Numbered from the stretch's first letter, positions 1-15,740 are shown. The stretch is 64,000 nucleotides of DNA from the human T2T-CHM13v2.0 reference genome, Homo sapiens (GCA_009914755.4 CP068257.2:38272001-38336000), one strand, 5' to 3'. Numbers and translations: made by a program. Notes: generated by a model from the letters alone, not told the origin.

Positions 1-1549
1 CAAGAAACCCTTAGAAGGGCTTACTGGGGTGACTGGAGGCAGTCCTGCATTTTGTGTCTCTGCTGTGTGGGGTATTAATTGTGCGAGGAATATGCAATAT
101 CTGAAACTTCATGGTCCCCATGTGCAATATATACCAAAGATATGCGGATTCGTGTTTTTCCCCTTTTTTGTGATCCATCTAGGGAACTGCTTGTCGAGAT
201 GCTGCCATTCCAGGGGAGCTAAAAACCCTGAAACCATTAGAAGTGTTGATATCAGGATGCTACAGCACAAAAAGAAGACAGCACTGTGGAGAAAAATAAC
301 TTACGAGAAGACACAGCACCGGGGGATAGACGCTGTTAAGTAGCACTTGCTAACAAGAGCTTTCAAGCCACCATGAGAACGAGATGGATTTATTTTCCTT
401 CCTTTGCAGAATCTCAGCAACTCTGTGGTAGACAGGGGCCAACAGAAGTCAGACGTTGGGAATGGGGGGCAAAATTTTAAAGAGGACTCAGGAACAAATA
501 CTTCCTTTCTTTTCATAAACCACCCATTTAACATCACTCAACAATGGCTGTTGTGGTAAACGCTGTCACTGATGGATAAGTGGGGGGAGCGTGGCTGCTG
601 GGTCCAGGCTCCTTAGATGTGGCCAGTAGGAGGCATGGATTATCATTTTTCTTTGGCAGGGAGGGAACTGAGACTTCAATGAGGAATTTCTCCAGTGATA
701 CGCAGCTGGTGGGGACAGTCAGTGGTTGGCACACCTCCCTCAAGAGCTGACAGCGGTGTGAGTTAGGGGACTCCCCCGCTGCCCCCGATGTCAATCATTC
801 TTGGGTCTCAGCTCCTCCCCTCCACGCTGAGATGGTTGCTTTATTCTCTGCCCGGCCCTCCAGGCTGTGAGCCACCAAAGTGGAAGCAGTGGGTCCCTTC
901 TGCTTGGGACCCTCGGGCCCAGCCCAGGACCTGGCTCAGCAAAGGCAAAAATGAACAGTCCAGGAGTTGGTCCCCTGACCTGGCTGAGTCTGGGTACCTG
1001 TCTGACCCTGTACCCGTGACTTTTTCTCCTGACAGCTTTGCACATTGGTAAAGGTACCTAATTTCTACGTTTCACTTTAAAAAGTAGTCTTTACTTCTTA
1101 GCCTGGGAGACACCACAGTCCTTTAACTAGAGAAGTTTTCCTGTGCCGTAGCCGTGAGAGGCTGACAGCAAGACTGGGAGGAGCCCATTTCACTTCCATC
1201 CCTGCGTGGCTTGATCACGGGGCCGAGAGGGAACGCCTCTGTGAGCCAGGGGCCTCTGTGGGTCCAGTTGTCCCTTGTCCCCTGTGGATCTGGCAGCATG
1301 AGGATGCTCTCTTTCTTTCTAGTGTTGCCAAAGCCAGATTCATGAATAAAGCTCTTACGAATATTTGGTGGCCACATAGGCAAGTCTACTGGGGAGATGG
1401 GAAAGAAAGGGAGGAGTGTATGGCACCCTAAGAAATTTGGAGATGACCTGGGCCCTGACAGCTTCAGAAGCCTCCTTATTCCCTAACCCTTAGGGGTCTT
1501 CAAAAGTGGTGAGCCCCCCGCCCAGTCCAACCATATCTCACCAAATTAA

Positions 1550-1869
<320 letters not shown>

Positions 1870-2498
1870 TCAAACCAAGTTCTTAGAGTGAATACAGATT
1901 TACCCACTTAAATGCTAGAGGCATACATTCAGAAAAAAATATTATTAGACTGCAGTTTGGACCCCAAATTTAACCAGCTGGAATTCATTTCACATTTCAT
2001 ACTCTTCAATCTCTGGAATGAAAAATACGTGTCTTTTAATGGGAACTTGTATTTTATCCTAAAGATGGAACAAAGTGTACTGGGCTGAATTATTTCCCAA
2101 ATAGGCATGATCTGTCTCGTGTTCTGGGTTATGATAAATGATAAAACAGGTTTGGGTGAGTTGGCTTCTAACTGATGTATGAATAGCACACTGATTTTAT
2201 GGGTATAGACAACAAAGGGTGGAAGCGAGGCCTTCCACTGCAGCATTCTAGAAGTCGTGTAATAAACACTCTCAAAACAACCACAGAAGTCCTTCAGGCC
2301 CAGGCATGGCCCATGATACAATGAAAAGGTTTCAATGACTGTATTAGAATAATTTTCTGAAAGCTTGGAATTACTGGGTTTCTCCAATCTTTTCCTTACT
2401 TCAGGGAGACATAGTGACTAGAGTTGGATTGAGCCACACTGAAGCCCAAGACAGAAGGAAATATCGGTCATTCCAATCCTGTCTATTTCAAATTTTAA

Positions 2499-2829
<331 letters not shown>

Positions 2830-3399
2830 TAATATTTTGTTCATCATGACTTTTTGCAGTACTTTTTATTTGAAAAATATTGCGTTAACATATGATTTAT
2901 TTTGATTACTGAGTTTCTTGGAGCCCTCTTAAATTTTGTGCCCAGGGGAAATGCCTTGCTTGCCTTATCCAGTGGTGGCTATTTCAAGAACACTGTGATT
3001 TTGTAATGGATTTCACAAGGAAGAATAGTAGACTGAGAAGTAATTGAGTTTTTTGTTTTCAAAGGAATTTGTTTGTGGGACTGTTAGTGATGTTTGGGAT
3101 GCCAGCACATTTTCTGTTCAAGCCCTGAACTGAAGACCTAGGTATTGATGATGTTGCACAGCTCCTAAATGTAGCATACTTATGTTCAGACATATCTTTA
3201 TGTCCATTCTAAGCTCAAAGTACAGACAGAAATGGATCCAAGGCCAACTATTCACGTGGAACTTGATGTGGTCTGTTCAACTAGCAGGGTATTGAATATG
3301 AAGGGATTGTTTGTGATTTTGCAACTTAGTGAAAAAAAAATAGTCACCCAGCCTTGTCTATGTGCTGAGTCAGACACCTCTCATGTGTCACTAGGCCCT

Positions 3400-4690
3400 C
3401 TCTGAGGACCCCCGTGGGTGGCTGCCTCAGCGTGGGCTCTGCAGACTTCAGGCAGGTACACAGTAACAGCATGTCATCTCCTGCCCACATCAATCACCTC
3501 CACCTCCACCCCTTGCCTTGGGGCTTCCTCATCAACCCAGGCAGATGCAAGGTGCAAGACTTTGCATGGTCCAGATGCATGGGGAATTGGTGCTCTGTGG
3601 AGCACCTTGGATCAACGAGAGATGGCAGCTGGTGGTGTAGGGTCCAGCCCTACGGGGCTTAGCGGGTATTCTCCTCGTGTGTGGAGACAAGAGATTGTAA
3701 TAAATAAAGGCATAAGACGAAGAGATAAAGAGAAAACAGCTGGGCCTGGGGGACCACTACCATCAAGGCGCGTAGACCGGCAGTGGCCCCGAACGGCTGG
3801 GCTGGCCGTTATTTATTGCATACAAGACAAGGGGGCAGGGTAAGGAGGGTGAATCTTCTAAGTGATTGACAAGGTGAAGCAAGTCACGTGATTACAGGAT
3901 AGGGGGCCCTTCCCTTTTAGGTAGCCGAAGCAGAGAGAGAAGGCAGCATAGGTCAGCGTTTTCTTCTCTGCACTTATAAGAAAGATCAAAGACTTTAAGA
4001 CTTTCACTATTTCTTCTACTGCTATCTACTACGAACTTCAAAGAGGAACCAGGAGTACGGGAGGAGCATGAAAGTGGACAAGGAGTGTGACCATTGAAGC
4101 ACAGCACCACAGGGAGGGGTTTAGGCCTCCGGATGACTGCAGGCAGGCCTGGATAATATCCAGCCTTCCACAAGAAGCTGGTGGAGCAGAGCGTTCCCTG
4201 ACTCCTCCAAGGAAAGGAGACTCCCTTTTGCGGTCTGCTAAGTAACAGGTGCCTTCCCAGACACTGGCGTTACCGCTTGATCAAGGAGCCCTCAAGCGGC
4301 CCCTATGCGGGCGTGACAGAGGGCTCACCTCTTGCCTTCTAGGTCACTTCTCACAATGTCCCTTCAGCACCTCACCCCATGTCCGCCGGTTATTCCTAGG
4401 TTATATCAGTAATGCAACAAAGAGTAATATTAAAAGCTAATGATTAATAATGTTTATAATAATGATTGATAATTGTTCATGATCATCTCTACATCTAATT
4501 TGTATTATGACTATCCTTATTCTAACTATTTTCTTTATTATACTGAAACAGTTTGTGCCTTCAGTCTCTTGCCTTGGCACCTAGGTAATCCTCCACCCCA
4601 CGGTGGATAACTTTTTAGTCTTCTCCCTAGAGCCTCTGTCCTCAGACACAGTTCACACAGCTCTCGGGGGCCACACTGCAAGATCAGCAT
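3400..4690. mobile_element. Possible ERV-derived solo-LTR-like block (family not identified)
   Basis: Several CpG dinucleotides (GGCGCG, CCGG, GCGG) in an otherwise CpG-depleted intron, an internal AATAAA, and LTR-like composition. This is a call by pattern only; I do not recognise the family. Confidence 0.3.
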
Positions 4691-4729
4691 TTAGAATTTT
4701 GTGTTTTAAAACTTTTTTTAAGTTTTAAT

Positions 4730-5250
4730 TTTTGTGGGTACATAGTAGGTGTATATATTTATAGGGGACATGAGACATTTTGATATAGGCATGCAATGTG
4801 AAATAAATACATCATGGAGAATGGGGTATGCATTCCCTTAAGCATGTATCCTTTGAGTTACAAACAATTCAAGTACACTCTTTAAATTGTTTTAAAGTGT
4901 ACAGTTATTATTGACTATCGTCACCCTGTTGTGCTATCAAATAGCAGGTCTTATTTATTCTAACTATTTTTTGTACCTATTAACCATCCCCACCTCCCCT
5001 ATTCAGCCGTAAAAAAGAATGAGATCTAGTCATTTGCAACAACATGGATGGAACTGGAGATTATTATGTTAAGGGAAATAAGCCAGTTACAGAAAGACAA
5101 ACATTGCATATTCTTACGTACTTGTCAGGTCTAAAAATCAAAACAATTGAACTCGTAGACACGGAGGGTAGAAGGATGGTTACCCTCCGGGGCTGGGAGG
5201 ATCAGCATTTGGTTATACCTCTCAATGGCCAGTCTGATGAAGAATCCTCA
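4730..5250 (-). mobile_element. Old L1 (L1MA/L1PB-like) 3' end, made of two oppositely oriented segments
   Basis: 4730-5000 is antisense to the L1 3'UTR end (revcomp ...ATGTACCCACAAAAA), with the tail at the left. 5005-5205 is sense, covering the ORF2 C-terminus and early 3'UTR (+ORF MDGTGDYYVKGNKPVTERQTLHILTYLSG is homologous to L1 ORF2 ...WMKLETIILSKLSQGQKTKHRMFSLI). The arrangement is consistent with a 5' inversion (twin priming) of a minus-strand L1. Confidence 0.7.
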
Positions 5251-7124
5251 TAGCAGCTGCCTCTCCACTCCCCACCTTCCCATCCTCTCTCTTTCACTTC
5301 TGGCACTGCCTTCTCTAATAAAACCATAGTGCAACCGACATCTGCCTCATGCTCTGTTTTCTGGGAAACCCAGACTAATATATATTCTTCACTACTTTCC
5401 TGCAGATCTTGGTGCAACAGAACTGTCAGGAAAATTTACTTCAAAAAATTGTACCTTTAAACACCTCTCCTGCCTTTTTATGGATACCGGGCATGTATGA
5501 GATTATCAGAGGAAACAGTTAGATGCACAAGGATCTTCATATACCCATTTGTTATTTAGATTCCCTTTAATTGGGGTTTTATTAGATTCTGAAGCACTCT
5601 ACTTTTATTCACGAACACTGCCAAGAATGGAAACCTCGCTTTCTGAAGCTGTGTGAATTGCTTGGCACGTGTTTAAGAACCCAGAGGCATCTCATCTGCC
5701 TCCTGGATCCTCCTGTGGCCCCTCCAGAGAGTCCCAGCTCATGCACCACCTGCCTGGCACAGGGCCAAGGATGCAGGCTGTGATTGTGAATTCTGGTGTT
5801 GAACCTTAGATGGGTATGTAGCATGTTCTAATGGTGAAATAAGGACAATGTTGAAGGAAGTCATTGTGAGGGAAATATGTCTTTTGTTTGAAAGAGCCCA
5901 GTGGTGTTACTATTTGTGATTGTGAAGGTCAATCCAAGTGGAATACACTGTCTCACAGAGGGCCACCTGTCTTTTGTGGAGGTCTCTGGAGATAAAAATA
6001 GGGACATTGCTCTAACATGTTTAAAGAGGGAGGGCCAGTGTCTCTGATGATGTAGATAGACACAGAGCTGGCTTGAGCACCAGGGACGCTGATTTCAGGC
6101 GGTTGAAGGAGGAAGGGGCTGTCCTTCTTCTAGACTCTTTGGTGAGCATCCAGGAAGATGCCGTGTCTGCATGGGGACAAGGTGTTGTGGAGGGTCCCAA
6201 ACAGGAGCATTTTATGGAAGAGAAGTCATTAGGGTGGGTGTCGGGCTGGAGATGATCAGGAGAAGAATGAGAACATCTGAGCTGAGTATTGTGATATAGA
6301 CTGCAAGACTCATGGTGGCATTCTCCTGGGAGTGGAATTATTAGACAATCTAATGGATCTGGTTTTGCTGTGGTTGAAGTTGATGTGACTTTTTCCTCTA
6401 CTACCCCTCTACTACCTGCTTCCCCAGAAGAAAAGATAGCAAAATCCCACATGTATCAACCCATGCTCTTCTTAGCAGTCATAACTGATTCACTCTCTAG
6501 ATCCCTTGGAAAACATCAAAGAAGATATCTGCTGACAAATTCGCAGATATCTGAATGCATATTCATGAAGCTCTCAAATACTCTAGTCCTTAGTTCTCTA
6601 GATAATTCTAATAGCATATTTTCTACACCTGCATTAAATTGGTCATTGTGGCTATGCATATTTGTTTAGGGAGAACTTGTACTGCCTTCTGCATAACCTA
6701 ACATATTAAGCTATATTGATATCTAAACTGAATGACACATTGGTGGTATTCATGATACCATTGAATCATTTCTGAAATTCCTAAGAAAGAGCTCAGGATT
6801 CCAGAATCTCATATCAGGGTTTGCTCTGAAGCCAATTTATTGTGCCCTGTTTCTTGAATATTTGATTTCATTTATTAGTTCAATGATAATAAATAATACT
6901 TTTGAACTATGACTACTTCTGTTCAGTCGGCAACATATGTTCTTAGGATGATGAACTTGTAGTTGGAGCTCATTCAGAACAGAGATAAGAGATCACATCT
7001 TCTCCTATTTGGGGATGAGAGTGGGGTGGAGAGAAAAGGCAGCCTCTTCCCGAAGATGCTAACTTCTGTCACGTCATGAAAAAGAATCTTTTCGTTGGTT
7101 GCTTAGAGAATGACCTACCTCCGT

Positions 7125-7412
7125 CTGTCTGTTCATTTGACCATCAACCCATCTACCCATCCGTCCACCCATTTATCTACTCATCTGTTCATCTATCCAT
7201 CCATCCATCCATTCATCCACACACCCATTCATCCATCCACCCACCCATCCATCCATCCACCCACTCATCCATCCTTAGGTCCACCCATCCATTCTTCCAT
7301 CCATCCATCCATCCATCCATCCACCCATTCATCCACCTATCCATTCATCTACCCATCCATTCATCCATTCAACTACTCATCCATTCATCTATCCATCCAC
7401 ACATCCATCTGC
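7125..7412. repeat. (CATCC/CCAT)n-like simple repeat
   Basis: Runs of CCATCCATCCATCC / CCACCCATCC. The overlapping 150-aa and 104-aa ORFs (HPSIHPS...) are translation artefacts of this tract. Confidence 0.9.
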
Positions 7413-9159
7413 TATTTATTTTAGTAGAGCCTAGCTCTGGGTGCTTATGTTATTTAAACATTAACAAAGATCTGATAGCATTTCTGGAATTGAGCCCTTG
7501 GCTGTTGTTTGCCTCTGCTTATTCCTAAAAGCCAAGTGTTCTCAAAACTCCAGCCTGTGGTGTTAATGAAGTCACATTTACCTTCAAACTCAAATCTTAC
7601 TGCCTCCTAACTCCCCACCCGCTGATAGAGGCCCTCAGGAGGTATGCTGCACACAGTACTGAGAGATGCTTAAGTACAGTGGCTAAAAGGAAGGGCTCCA
7701 GAGCCAGCTTCTTGGGGGCTGAATTCTGCCTCTGCCTCTTCCCCACTTCGTGGGCTTGAGCAAATTCCTCTCTGTGCCTCAGGATATAATTGGTAAAGTG
7801 AGGCTGATGAAGACACTAAGGGCATCTACCCCATCAGGGATGCTGTCAGAACTCAATGAGTTGATGGTGCTTGAGCGCCCTTGAAGCCTGGCCCCAGCAG
7901 CATGAACCATGATTACCCGACACCCAGCCTGGTGTAGACTCTCTCCAGTATAAATTCAGTGAAACTGCAACTGCCTGGTATTGTAAAGACCAGACCCTGG
8001 GAATGGGGCAGCTCTTGGAGAATTCCCCCTCTGCCCTCAGACCTCCATTGAAAATGTCAAAAGGTCCCAAAGAATTCTGAAATGAGATACTTTCAATACT
8101 TTCAATAACGAGTTCTTTTTTTGTCAGGATCATTTTTTGATGTGAGACACCTTCACCTACGACATAAATCACCTTCATTGTGTCTCCGTTAAATAGAACC
8201 TGACATAAAAACCCCATCTTAGAAATCCCGAAAAAATGACTGCTTTTCTCCCCTGTGCACATTTCATTTTGGTTTTCCTCTGGTTTCTAAAAAGTGATCT
8301 TTTATGGAAAAGTTATTCATGACATTTGAAAGGCATCCATATTTAAGGCATTTAAAGACTGTGGGGTTGAGCATGCACCTATTTTGCACTTGCCTTCCAT
8401 TTAATTTGACTTTATTCTACTCTAAAACACTGTTCTTTTATTCCGTGAAATTTTCTTTTATTTGAGCCATCTATGAATTATGCAGGGAAAGATACTGGAT
8501 TTGAATGCCAGAGTTTAATCACCTGAGGTGGCTGTTCCATCTCGGATTTGGTCCAACTCAGTAGTAGTCAGATTTCCACCCAGTGCAGCAAACGTACGAG
8601 CCTTGTGTTTAAAAAGAGGAGGCATCAACATAAGGACAGACAAAAAGAAGCAGGCATTTTTACTTGCAAATCTGCTATATTTAAGAAATGGTTTACCTGA
8701 TTTAAATCATTTTACATTGACTCAGATGGAAGGTGAATGGTATTCGTAATAAGTGGGAAGCTTTACTTTGCTTCTTTATTGGGTTATTGTCTGCATAATG
8801 CAATAAGCATACACGAGGATGGTTCACTTTGTTAATATAAATCTGGATCATTTACTCTATTTATTTATACCTCTCAGATTCTGAGAGCAAGGTTTTCCGA
8901 GATGATACATTTACCATTAATTAAGGGTTGACAAATGACCTGAGAATTTCTTATGGCAATGTTGAACGTCAAAGGAAACTGATTGTTATTTTTCTGATAT
9001 TGTTTTTAGGCTAAAGACCTGGACCCAAATATGAATTTTGAGGGTACCTTATCCCTTAGTCACCTATCATGGTTTTCTCCTTGTTCGGTGCTCTGCTGTT
9101 TTTTTCTAGGATCCCATTCAGATAGTGGCATCACAGTAGCAATTCCTGAGGTCAAGGAA

Positions 9160-9252
9160 GTCCAGGCTCCAGTCTTGACTCTGCCACTCATTAGCTGCAT
9201 GATCTGGGGCAAGTCATGCTCCCTACCTCCCTCATTTTCTTCATCTGAAAGT
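9160..9252 (+). mobile_element. MIR SINE fragment (core region)
   Basis: CTGCCACTCATTAGCTGCATGATCTGGGGCAAGTCATGCTCCCTACCTCCCTCATTTTCTTCATCTGAAAG matches the MIR core (CTGCCACTTACTAGCTGTGTGACCTTGGGCAAGTTACTTAACCTCTCTGTGCCTCAGTTTCCTCATCTGTAAAATGG). Confidence 0.55.
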
Positions 9253-9262
9253 TAGAGACTTG

Positions 9263-9558
<296 letters not shown>

Positions 9559-9918
9559 GTTAGAGACTTTATAAGCTTTTCAATCCTTTTCAACTCAAAG
9601 CATACTTTTTGATAACAACCAAAAAATGGGATTGACAAAATGCTTCTCTCTCCATAACTAGAACCACGTTAAGCTTTGAGGAAACACCCTTTCTGTTTAC
9701 ATGTGTGGTGCATTTCATGCGGCTCCCCAGACTTCACACCCAGAGAATCTTGCCCAAAGTGTTAAGTCTAACCTTAAAAGACTTCATACTTCTAGTTAAC
9801 CTGGTAAAATGAAAATGCAAAGGACAAGTATAAACAATGGCAGAAAAAATAGTTTATAAGTAGGAGGAAACATAAGAGTTTCTTAGTTGATTAAAATTTA
9901 TTTAAAAAGAAGACATTG

Positions 9919-10273
<355 letters not shown>

Positions 10274-10630
10274 TCATTAACAAAATGACGCATTAACAAT
10301 GCTGATCTTGTAGCTGATACAGAACCTTGGCTGTTGCCTTCATATTTTCATTGAAGTTGTGCTTGATCTCCCTCCTGGTTTCTCTTGTTACTGGTGACCT
10401 GCATTCCTAGAGCAGTGGATGTGGATGAGGGGGCCGGTCTGTGCAGCTTCAGTACATCCTTTCTTGGTGGATCCATTCCTACTCTCACTAGCACAGTGCT
10501 TTAGCCATCTGAGCTAAAGTAACATAGAACTTGATATAATGCAAGAGATGTTTGCAACAATAAAAGAGACAAAAGTAATCCCGAGTATATCTGATAACAA
10601 TTGCTTTTTTCTTTTATTTTTTGCCTTTAG

Positions 10631-10682
10631 CGACAAGGTGCTGGGGCAACCAATGGAAAAGACAAGACATCTGGTGAAAATG
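10631..10682 (+). CDS. PCP4: PCP4 (Purkinje cell protein 4 / PEP-19) coding exon 2, 52 nt, encoding RQGAGATNGKDKTSGEN plus the first base of Asp
   Basis: The translation matches residues 4-20 of human PCP4 (MSE|RQGAGATNGKDKTSGEN|DGQKK...). Acceptor TTTTGCCTTTAG|CG, donor AATG|GTAAGAGG. The reading frame continues into the exon at 41191. Confidence 0.93.
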
Positions 10683-12198
10683 GTAAGAGGACATGAATAG
10701 TCCAAGTTCTTTCTCTTTTGCCATCTGCAGCCCTGGGTATGCAGCAGGTGCGGATCATACATCCCATCCCAAACAGCTTACTATATGTGTCTGCGCTTCA
10801 GCTTACAGAGGATTTTAGCAATTCACAGTGAGCACTGAGGTCTGGTTTTATGAAGAAAACTGAGCTAGCTAAATGCCGTGATAAGAAGTTTCCCTTCCAT
10901 AGGAGGACTCCCATTTTGGGCAACATGGTAATTACAATGCAAATCTAGTTCTCTGCTTTCTTCATTAGGGTGGGTGAGAATCATCCAAGTTGTTGTGAGG
11001 ATAAAATGAGATCAAACGAGATAAGTGATTTGAAAACTGTGAAGTACACAACTTCTGAAATGATGTTTTAAAACTTGCTTCAGCCCTCCGGAGCACACAC
11101 AATGCGGTGCTGGTCCACTGGAAGGTGCTGAGTCAGTGAATGTCACTGCAGCGATTCACCAGCAAATAAAAATGATAGCAGTGACAGGAACATTGCATCC
11201 TGCCTCTTCATGGGCCCATCTCAACCATGACCCTAAATTGTAGGAATGATCATCATATTTTTATGGATCAGGAAATGGAGGCTTGGCATTGGGGTGAGAT
11301 TTAGCTAGAAATGGGAAGTGCATGGATCCTGAAGGAAATAGAGCCAGTTGGAACCCCAGGTCTCTAACTTTAGCAATTGACATAAGAACAAGCATAATAA
11401 TAAAAAATACCCAGTGGTATGCACCAAGGGCCACAGCATAGTTCCGGTGAGGTGAGACTCTGGGTGTTCTTCCTTTCTGTTAACTCAAGATGAGCTCTCC
11501 TTTTATGGAAAATGACTCTTGCTTCCAACTAGATGAAATTGATGCTAGTGTCCATCAATCAGATTGTGGATAATGCCAATCTCAAATACCATCGGTTAAA
11601 ATTCCCTGGGGCCTCACAACCCCTTTGGAGCCTCTGTGGTGGGTCTGAGCTGAGCAAGACTCAAGTATGAGAATGTTGCTCTGCGTCTGCAGCCTGCCAA
11701 TATGCCCACCCATTTAGGGCAGTCCTATTGGGCAGGGTGAGTGCAGTGTTCCCTGGGTAAAGGGGTCATCATATCAATAAGTAGAGAGGTGGGGGCTCCA
11801 CAATGTCCTAATTGGAGCTAGGGGGCTGGGAGAAGAAGGAAACAAGGTTTTCCATGAGGCCGATGGCTCTTCCTTTGCTGCCCAGGGCTTTTCCTGTCTC
11901 CTGTGTGTGAGTTGGGGTGGGTGTGTGGGGTACTGGCAAGGAAGGCAGGAAGCAGAGGAAGGAGCAAAGGATGGGGCTTAAAAGGGAGGAGCAATATTGT
12001 AGTTGCCTATATGAGGAAGGACCCACTGCCTGCCATAGGGGAGCATAGGGCGCTGTGAGCCTCCACTGATTTTCCCAGTTCATACATTCGTAGCCATCTG
12101 TTCATGCAAGTTCCTTTCCACTGAACCTCACAACCTTAGAATTAGAGTTTTACAGTCAGAAGACTTCTCAGAGATCCTCTATTGTCGTGATTCTCAAC

Positions 12199-12489
<291 letters not shown>

Positions 12490-15400
12490 AACATTTTTGT
12501 TCTCACAACTCCTTTCCATTTTAAAGAATTCTTGAGGACCCCAAAGAACTTTTGTTTATGTTGGTGATATCTATTGATGTTTGTCATGCTGGAACCCTAC
12601 TGACTCTTATAGAGATGGTACTGAAGAAAAGACCTGGAGCCAGTGAACAAGACATAGGATTTATTGAGGGGAGTTACCTATAGGGCAGTCCAGTGGCGGT
12701 GGGCTGGATAAAAGAACCACAGCTGCCTGTAACAAGCATGCAGTTTACACAGCGTTTTCACTTAGCACCCTCCCTCTAGCAACTTCTACTTGGCAATCTA
12801 CATTCATTCCAAAACAAATGTCCCCAATCCCCTGTATGGCCTGCATCCCATGGGATGGGCTGGGAATTCAGATGTTCCTCATAGATAAGAATGAATCTCT
12901 ATACTGGCCACTCCCAGATTCCTTAGCTCGGAACTCGACTCCAAGCACACATTCTTCTTAGACCATAGGGTCATTCTCAGGGTATGCTTAAGTTACGCTA
13001 TTGATATCAGGTGTATCTGCCATACACTGTCTCCTATATTAGAAATTAAAATGGAGAAAGTTTTAAATGGTTTTCTTATTAATTTATTAAAAATAAAATA
13101 ATAAACCCACTACATGTGAATGTAAGTAACATTTTAAAAAATGAAAAGTCATTATATTTTCCAAAATGGAAAAGGATATTTAGTAAAAAGTGGCAATTTT
13201 ACATTTCTGCAACTCTCTTTAAAGTCTGGTTTGACAGAGGACAGCTGGATTTTCATACTGGCTTCTGTGTTCAATCTGTTATATCATGTGATGTGTAGCC
13301 TATGGAAAATTCCACTGCTCACTTGTGAGAGTATGAGATTTAAAAGAGCAAATAATATCCTTTAAGATCAAACTCTTACCTTTTATAATAATAATATCTT
13401 TTATAAGACCAAAAATGTTTTTGATCTTTTGGGCTCCCTTAAAGGATGTAGGCACCCCCCAGGGTACCTGGTTCACACTTTGGGAACTACTGCTCAGCAT
13501 GTCTCATGTCATGCCTTGAGGAGCCTGAAGACCAGGCACATGGTGACGAAGCCAGGACTAGGTCCTATGTGTTCGATGTCTCTGCCCCTTGGCTTTATCT
13601 TGACATCCTATTGGTCTTTCAAACCATGCTGACATGCTCAGTGCTTTGCACCAAAGGGAATTACCGGCTACTATAAGTGATGCCATTTTCTGCCATTCAA
13701 AGACATGGAATTTCTTTTAGCTGAAAACCAGTCCACACCAGTGGAAACTGAGTGAGGTTTTTTATGGAGGTATAAAAATTAATTAAATGGAAATATTCCT
13801 GATGCTATGAATAAGGCTTTTCATTAGATAATTCTAGATATTAAATGATAGTCACTTTTGGGTAGAAAAGTGAATTTGAGATTATTTTACAGTTACTGGA
13901 TAATGGCAATGTATAAATGTAAATTATTATTAACATGCTATACTTTAATTTCAGCTAAAACTGCCTATATATGATATTTGTACGTGATACTTTATTATAA
14001 TTTAAAGTCTGTGCTTTTGCCTTTAAAAAGGAGCAAAGACAAAAACTGGAACAGCCCAAGAAAGATGAGGGTAAAAACTTCTAGAAGTAATCTAAAAAAC
14101 ATTTTCCTAAAGAATTGAAGTTACTTAATTTTTTATTCTTAAATTCCTGATATGAGACGATCATCTTGGAATTTCCGTTTTAACCTAGTGTTACATTCCA
14201 TTGAAATTCAAATGATTTTATTCTGTCATTATAGGTATCTAGGGAGATCTATTATGTTAATGTATATTTCCTATTAATATCAAATGAAGCTGTCTACATG
14301 TCTTGAAGGAGCAAGGACCCTTGAGTATTGAAATATGAAGTATTAAAAAAACCATCAAAATGTTATGAAATTTGGATAGTAACACTTCATAATAAAAGGA
14401 ACATTCTCAATTGTATTAATTGTCTGTACAAGTCAGGGTGTTTGTAATCCAAATATTGTAAATTTAGTTGAGGTCTCCATTTAATGTATAAAGCAATAAA
14501 GACTGTGGGAGTGAACTACAGGTGCCTTGAAATTATTTGGATCACAAAAGACCCAAGTCAGGTACATTAAAACTTCAGAAGGTATTTAGATTCCTGGGCT
14601 TTGCTGCCATTTCATTACATTGAATATTATCTTGAGAGCACCATTTTCTGGGAATGAAATTTCTCATACATTCAATATTTATTTTTGTTATTGTTGTCAA
14701 CATGGTATTTATTGATGTGAAATATGACCTACTGCATACTCTCCAGAATGTTTCAAAATCCTTCTCATTTTCCCAGGATGTTAACCTCAGTACACACACT
14801 CAAACCCGATGTTTCTACTAGAACTAGATTTTGTGGTATCATCTGCTGTAGGAAGACAGGTTTTTCAGAAATATTAGGGTTATAATTTTTTTTAATGTAG
14901 AAAATAAACGTTTCAGGGCTTGGAGGTTCAGAGATTTTTCATTCCTCTATGAGCAAAGCACCTTCATCATTTGATTAGTTAAGCCACAGATTTCATTTGT
15001 TTCTGGAAATAACTTTCTACTTGAAAGAAACAATAGCTCATAGCTTCCATTATAAATCTTTCTGTCTCATTTAAATGGCTAAATTAAATTCAAACATGTT
15101 TACAAATATAGACACAACCATCTGAATCTAGATTATTCACCACAAATTAGTAATTTGAACACAACCGAAAGATTTTTGGGGGAAACTACATTGCTGGATT
15201 TCTTGATCCATACCTTGATACTGGTTGTCCGGAGAGACTCCAAGAGTTAAATTTTTTTATTGACACACAAAAGCAGAAAAATACTGGAAGCAGAGTGGCT
15301 GCTGGGAGCCTTCCAACCTGAAAAAGAGATTTATGAATAATAAACCTCGTGATGGGGCTTACTTTCAGAGCTTGGAGGCTTACCCAAGCTAAATTGAATT

Positions 15401-15740
15401 TCTAAAACTGGAATGGATTTCTCTTGACTTAGCGAGCTGTGATGCATTTGTTTCTACAAGGCTCTGTTTCTGCGGGTGGAAGGTGTATGAACACACCTGA
15501 TTTTAAGAAAAGAATCCCCTCACATCCAGGCTGTAGGTAAATGCTACAGAGGAAAGGTATTATTTTGAACTACCTGTGGGACTCACTGTCGTTGTGTTTC
15601 TTTGAGTGTGAGTAGCCTTGCACAAGCTCAGGCTCCATGCTTGAATACCTGTGCCCCTTCCTTGGGAGAGAGACTATGGCCTGAGAAGTTTCAGTAGGTG
15701 TGGGGATATTCTAGGAGTACTTAAGACTTAGTTTGATTTG

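Noticed and set aside
7076-7528. 150-aa and 104-aa overlapping + strand ORFs (HPSIHPS...)
   Set aside because: They are translation artefacts of the (CATCC/CCAT)n simple repeat.
14030-14075. Possible 40-nt cassette exon (ttaaaaag|GAGCAAAGACAAAAACTGGAACAGCCCAAGAAAGATGAGG|gtaaaa)
   Set aside because: The splice sites are only moderate. A 40-nt insert would shift the PCP4 frame, since exon 2 ends in phase 1, and I have no supporting evidence. This is very likely a chance AG...GT pair.
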